Below are positions 54,824 to 60,000 of a stretch of 60,000 bases of DNA, in pieces (position 1 is the stretch's first letter; each line of letters begins with the position of its first letter). The notes beneath the pieces are model-generated. The model did no database searches and was not told where the DNA came from. It saw only the letters and a list, made by a program, of their open reading frames with translations. The translations under genes and the position numbers were made by a program. This DNA is from Botryllus schlosseri (lineage: Eukaryota): positions 17,982,001-18,042,000 of the forward strand of contig CM119371.1 of the NCBI GenBank assembly GCA_051294905.1. The letters are read 5' to 3'.

Positions 54824-57094
54824 CAGTGGTCGGGAACATTTTTTGTCCGGAGAGCCATATCGGCCCTATTTTTTCTAACTCAACTCCCAAAGAGCCATAC
54901 ATGCCAATCAACTGTTACGTCACAATTGAAAATTCGTGACGTCAGGGTAGCATTAATTCGAACTCACTTCATGGGATTACTCGTGTGCACGATATTTTCT
55001 CTGTAACAACTGGTATTTATTGTTCGAAAATAAAGCTTAAAACGATAGGTGAGGCACAGACGGGCCAAGCCTCACCATTGATAACGCAATTCGTCGGAAG
55101 TAGCTTAGAATTTATTATACCTGATATTAATCGAATGTGACTGTCACACTGATTCCGAAAATCTAAATGCTTATCGACTTCTCAACTCTCAAAGTATTCG
55201 GTGTTAGCATAAGGTTGCGCTACACGCCAACATTTTATCGCCGGTACTACACAGAGCTATACTTGACAAACAAGAACGTGGATAGCAATGCAATGACGTA
55301 GTTTGTAATTTTAGTTTGTAATTGTCACATCCATAACAGTTCATTACGTGCCTAGATAAGGAAGACAATGCGTATTTTAAAACAGCGTTTTAAAATTGGC
55401 GTCGCCATGTCTGCTATGGTCTTTCAATCAACGTATCGCATAATTCAAAATTTCGAGTCGGGTACATAGAATTCAGGCGTGACATTGGCCGCCGGCGCGA
55501 CATTAACTTAAATTTAATGATTTTTCGAAGAGGGGGTCCGAGCCCCTAAACCTGAAGATGGCATTCTCTCTACCTCCCAAAGACATGTTCATACTGCCAC
55601 GAGAATAATAATTCTGGCCGTGATGAAAATTTACCAACAAGTCGTTGCAATATTGATCAATTAAGTAAAAAAATAAATATTTGGCAAAAGAGCCATATAT
55701 GCAGGCCGTGTTATTTTTGGCATTTCAGGAGCCAGATGCCAAAACTGCCAAAAATAAAAATTTGAAAATGCCAAAAATAAGCAATTTTTGGCATATGCCA
55801 AAAATAACACGATCTGCCAAATAGTGTATTTCGTTCATGGTGTTGTGTTAACAGGACCGCGTTACAAGCGAAAAGAGCGTTTGTGAAAGGCAGGTTTCTT
55901 AATCTGGGCCCAGCCCACCCATTAGGGGTGAAAGCATGGTGTCCTAAATGGTGTGGGCACAGCGAGATTGAACGGCTGACTGCATTTGGTTTACGTCATA
56001 CTTTCCATTTGTCCAAAGGCAATTTTACGACCATTTTTGACCGGCTTGTCGAGCGCTAAATTTGATAAAACGGGTATCAATGAGAAGCTGCCGCAGTACT
56101 GATTATTAAAATATAAATTATATTCTGCTCATGGAACTGGAACCCCCAAAATCAACCACGATTTTTGCATTGTGATCGAGTTGAACATTGTGACGCAACA
56201 AACTGTCTGGCTATTTCTGAGCTGCATAGTCTCGTTTTGCCAGACAGTCTTGTTGCGTCAATATATTTAAACAAGCTAACCTTCCTAGGACTCTTCCATG
56301 CGAGTTGGTAATATTAAAGCCACCTGAAGTGACAAAAGTCCTCCGAAAATCTATCGGTAGACTGAAGGAAAAATGATAGTCGGGCTACTAAATAGAATTT
56401 GTTGAGAGACAACACAGGAAACTCCTGGAAAAGTATCGGGAAGAAAATTCTTTCCGCGATTAGATCGATGGCACTGGCGAAGTGATCTCTTTTCAATATG
56501 CATAGAAGCCGGTTCGGCCCTCCAAAGATTTCGAAGCTCTGAAAGCCTTTTGTGGATGACTAGCAACATTCTTTCCCTCAACGTCTACTGATGAAGCCGA
56601 TATTTCCCAGATTCGCTGGGCGAGAAATGAATTTAGGAGAAACCTATAGCTGACCTAAGTTTGGAAGCACTGTTACAGTGGAAACGATTTAAGTCTATTC
56701 AACAGCTGTAACAATCAGCTGTTGAGCGTGTTTGTTAGGCTTTTCTTTCTTTTTTTGCTTATTGGCACCGATTCCGATGGAAACTGCACATTTTGTGGTT
56801 TCGTTTGATAATATTAACCTATGAAATCGTTAGGTATTTTCTTCTTATTGTTTGGTGGCACTGATTATACGTGGATGCTGCACATTTTGTGGTGTCTTTT
56901 GACAAACTAGCCCAAATAAAGCGTTTTTGTGACTAAATCGAGGCTGAAACTATCTATTTAGAGGACGATGCCAAAACTGCCAAAAATAAAAATCGAAAAA
57001 TGCCAAAAATAAGTTATTTTTGGCAGTTTTGGCATATGCCAAAAATAACACGGCCTGCATATATGGCTCGCGAGCCATAGGTTCCCTACCACTG
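54824..57094. mobile_element. Charlie-like hAT element absent from duplicate copy A
   Basis: CAGTGGTCGGGAAC / GTTCCCTACCACTG ends; TSD GGCTAAAG/GGCTAGAG; empty site at ~23303-23310. Confidence 0.88.
55702..57057 (+). mobile_element. Nested hAT element, 1356 bp, with transposase C-terminal remnant
   Basis: TIR CAGGCCGTGTTATTTTTGGCA, perfect TSD CATATATG, TGCCAAAA subterminal repeats. Reads FCG*LATFFPSTSTDEADISQIRW.RNEFR at ~56545-56645. Confidence 0.9.
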
Positions 57095-58058
57095 GGCTAG
57101 AGAGTGGTTCCCGATTGATTGAGATTTTCAGCATTTTCGTAGTATAGTGTAATATTGGCAGGGGAAACAAATGCATCATCATTGGTTTGGTTGTTGCTGG
57201 GTATCATATATTGATTTACAGATTTAATAAAACATTCAAAAGCATATTTTTGTAGGTAAACCCAAGCCGTCTGTATGATATAAAAGCCTCCGCTGAGCTA
57301 CTGCTCGATTTTTCTGGGTGGACGAGATTTGAAACTGATTGGTCGATATGGGAAGTGAGTTTCCGCACATTGTGTTCGGTCAATATTGCTAAGACAGTTG
57401 TTCCTATAACCTTTCGAGATTCACCGAATCCCACAGGCTACACAGTGGCATTCCATTGGTTGGAAAATATAATTCTTACGGAATTTCTTAACGACTCATA
57501 CTACATATCAGAATATACCTATTCTAAGAAACATCTCTCTTGATAACACGACCAATTTGAGATTTACCTAGTCTAACAAAGATCTCTCTTAATGTCACAA
57601 TCAATTTGAGATTTATCCATTCTAAAAAACGCCGCTCTTCTTCATGCCGAATCGAGCCAAATAATTTCAATATATATCCGTCACCTGCGATATTTTTCTC
57701 TCGACCGATAATAATTATTGGTCGACCATACCACCTAGAAATTTCAGCAGTTGCAAATTAGCGCCGACCCCCAGAAAGACACTACTACACTCAGATTTAC
57801 TAACATAACAGAACAGATAGATATACCGAAATATACCGAAATTACAGTTCACACGAACCGAACCTACACATCCGCAAATGGTAATGGCAGCGTCTACAAA
57901 AACGGTCATCGGAGGTGCTAATAGTTCTATCAGCTTAAAACGCACAGTGCACAATGCGGTACACAAGACACAAGGCGATATAATCCACAGGAGGATACCG
58001 AAAGGATCGAGCACGATCCCCAACCGGATATGCAAATCGTGATGACGGTGACTAACAA

Positions 58059-58170
58059 TTGTAATGTATTTTATTGATATGATATGGTGGTGCTTACAGC
58101 CTTATGCTCTGTGCACCACGACAATGGCACAATAGCAATTCCAACAGCTCATTGCATTTTTTCTAGTCAA

Positions 58171-58206
<36 letters not shown>

Positions 58207-58341
58207 TCTCTCTCTCTCACTGCTGCCGACTTGCAAGCTCGGCTCACTGCATTCTCTGGACTTTTTAAGTCATTGCAATCGAACCAACAACCAGTGGTGT
58301 CGTGACGGTGTCACTTAGCACACTGCGCCACTCGCTTTCCC
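58059..58341 (-). mobile_element. tRNA-derived SINE with internal (GA)n
   Basis: 13-bp TSD CGGTGACTAACAA; absent from copy A (~24229); A-box TGGCGCAGTG, B-box GGTTCGATTGC. Confidence 0.8.
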
Positions 58342-59783
58342 CGGTGACTAACAAAAGTCATCTGAGGTACCAATATTACTATCCGCTCAAAAACACAATG
58401 TAAAACGCGGTACTCAAGACGCAATGTAGAATTGGAATCAAGTCACAACGTTCCGAGTCACAAGTCAATCAGAGTTTTGAAAATTTTGATCGAGTAGAGT
58501 CTAGTCATTTCCAATTCGCGGCCGAGTCAAGTCCAAGTCCAAGACGGGTTGAAGAAGGTCTAGTCCAGTGGATCTCAAAATTTTTTAGACATGAGCACCT
58601 TCATGATAGTGAATAATGTTGCCCCCGCCTTATTTCATGTTCACACATGATAAGGCGTCTACATGTCCTTGGGAATTAGGTAAACTCTAAATCGAAACCA
58701 TCGATTGTGATACGTCATTGTGCATTGGAATATAGAGTATAAGGCAAACACCTAATAATACACATAAATATTACACTTAAATATTACCTTTGTTTCACTC
58801 AGTGTACAGTGTGCATGCTTACTTTTACATCGCCTGTAGCCCATTCGGGTGTCTGATTTCGAAGACTACTCTAAGTCATTTCGACACCTTCCTATCTTTC
58901 ATTGTATCACAGTCTTATGTGGTGCATTGACATGATGAAATAGTTAACAATAAGAAAGTGTCTATTCGTCTGGTAAGGAACGAATAGACACTTTCTCAGG
59001 CTATTCGTCCGGCAGACCTGTCATTCATCCTGAATGTTAGTATTTCCGAATCAGTCACCTATATACGTGTGTAGCAGTTGCCTAACTTTATGGAGCTGCC
59101 GATATGCGCAAGGTCTGACGTGACGGAATACGCAACGGCCGCAACCTCAAATTGGATTGTTATATTGAAACCGTATCTTCCAACAGAATATGTGTACATC
59201 GGTTGAGGTGAAAGGTCAAGTTGAATCATATTTTAGACATGGGTTTATGCATGTGATGCTAGGTCAGAAAGATGGGTGCCAAGATCGGAAGATGGGTGCC
59301 AACTGTTTGACATGAACATGAACAGTGTGGTGTCATGTCTAAGCATGAAAGAGGTGTGATTAGGTCCTAACTATTAGTACCAGCAGGTTAATTTTTTTAT
59401 ATTCAAGGTCTGGTATCAGTCATCATCCAGCGTAGGTGTATGGATGGTACGACGCTATTATGACATTAAAATCGTAATATAATTAGGATCGTTGCCATTA
59501 TTTAAACTTGGAGGTTTGGGAATTAATTAAACTTATTCCAAATTCAAGAAACATACCTTTCTCTTAGGCGGCTTCGCGCCCGCTTCAGAAACTTTCATGC
59601 ACCCAAAATATCGATAGCGTGGTAACTTTACTCTTCATCGAGATCTCGTGTCCGAACGACCATCAGCGTCAGCGGAGGAGGATTTTTCACTACGCCAATT
59701 CCTTCTCCCACACATTGCGGTAGACCCAGCAAATCGCCTACGTTTACTAGGAGAGTGTTGTAAAAGTGCAACTGGGTAGTTAC

Positions 59784-60000
59784 TAGGGATGGTATAAACG
59801 TGAGGTTCACGTTCGCGTTCTATGTGTGAACCTCATAAATTTAGAGGTTCACGTTCACAAACGAACCTTGATAGGTTCTGCACTGTGTAACTTTTTCATA
59901 GATTACCATTTTCGCATCATTATAACATCTTTGGTTGTCGTTATACTTTGCATTTCAACTTCGCACCATCTCTATGCATGGCGCTGGTTGACAAATCAGC
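59784..60000. mobile_element. hAT family A copy in opposite orientation, truncated by window end
   Basis: TAGGGATGGTATAAACGTGAGGTTCACGTTCGCG matches the reverse complement of the right end of 12557..13563. Confidence 0.85.

Larger units (their letters stand above)
53110..59030 (+). repeat. Segmental duplication copy B (upstream flank of intact FucT), with later insertions
   Basis: Colinear with 21690-24915. Confidence 0.9.

Overview
Eukaryotic (invertebrate animal, possibly a tunicate; inferred, not certain), repeat-rich genomic DNA rather than prokaryotic. The only intact host gene is a six-exon GT10 alpha-1,3-fucosyltransferase on the minus strand (47779..26162; reconstructed CDS 1266 nt, 421 aa). 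A tandem paralogue lies downstream of it, of which only exon 1 (16985..17197) and the upstream flank are visible. The first 11.3 kb is a near-perfect giant palindrome (arms 1-5150 and 6128-11277, 977-bp spacer). It continues into subterminal repeats and an AGTAGT-type end at 12299 that resembles a Polinton/Maverick terminus, which suggests a ~13-kb fold-back derivative of a viral-like transposon; an assembly or amplification artefact is not excluded. The rest is nested mobile DNA: many hAT elements and MITEs with 8-bp TSDs, a 6.2-kb EnSpm/CACTA-like element with decayed spliced exons, a Penelope-like GIY-YIG element with a minimal hammerhead ribozyme, a degenerate I-group LINE, tRNA-derived SINEs and microsatellites.
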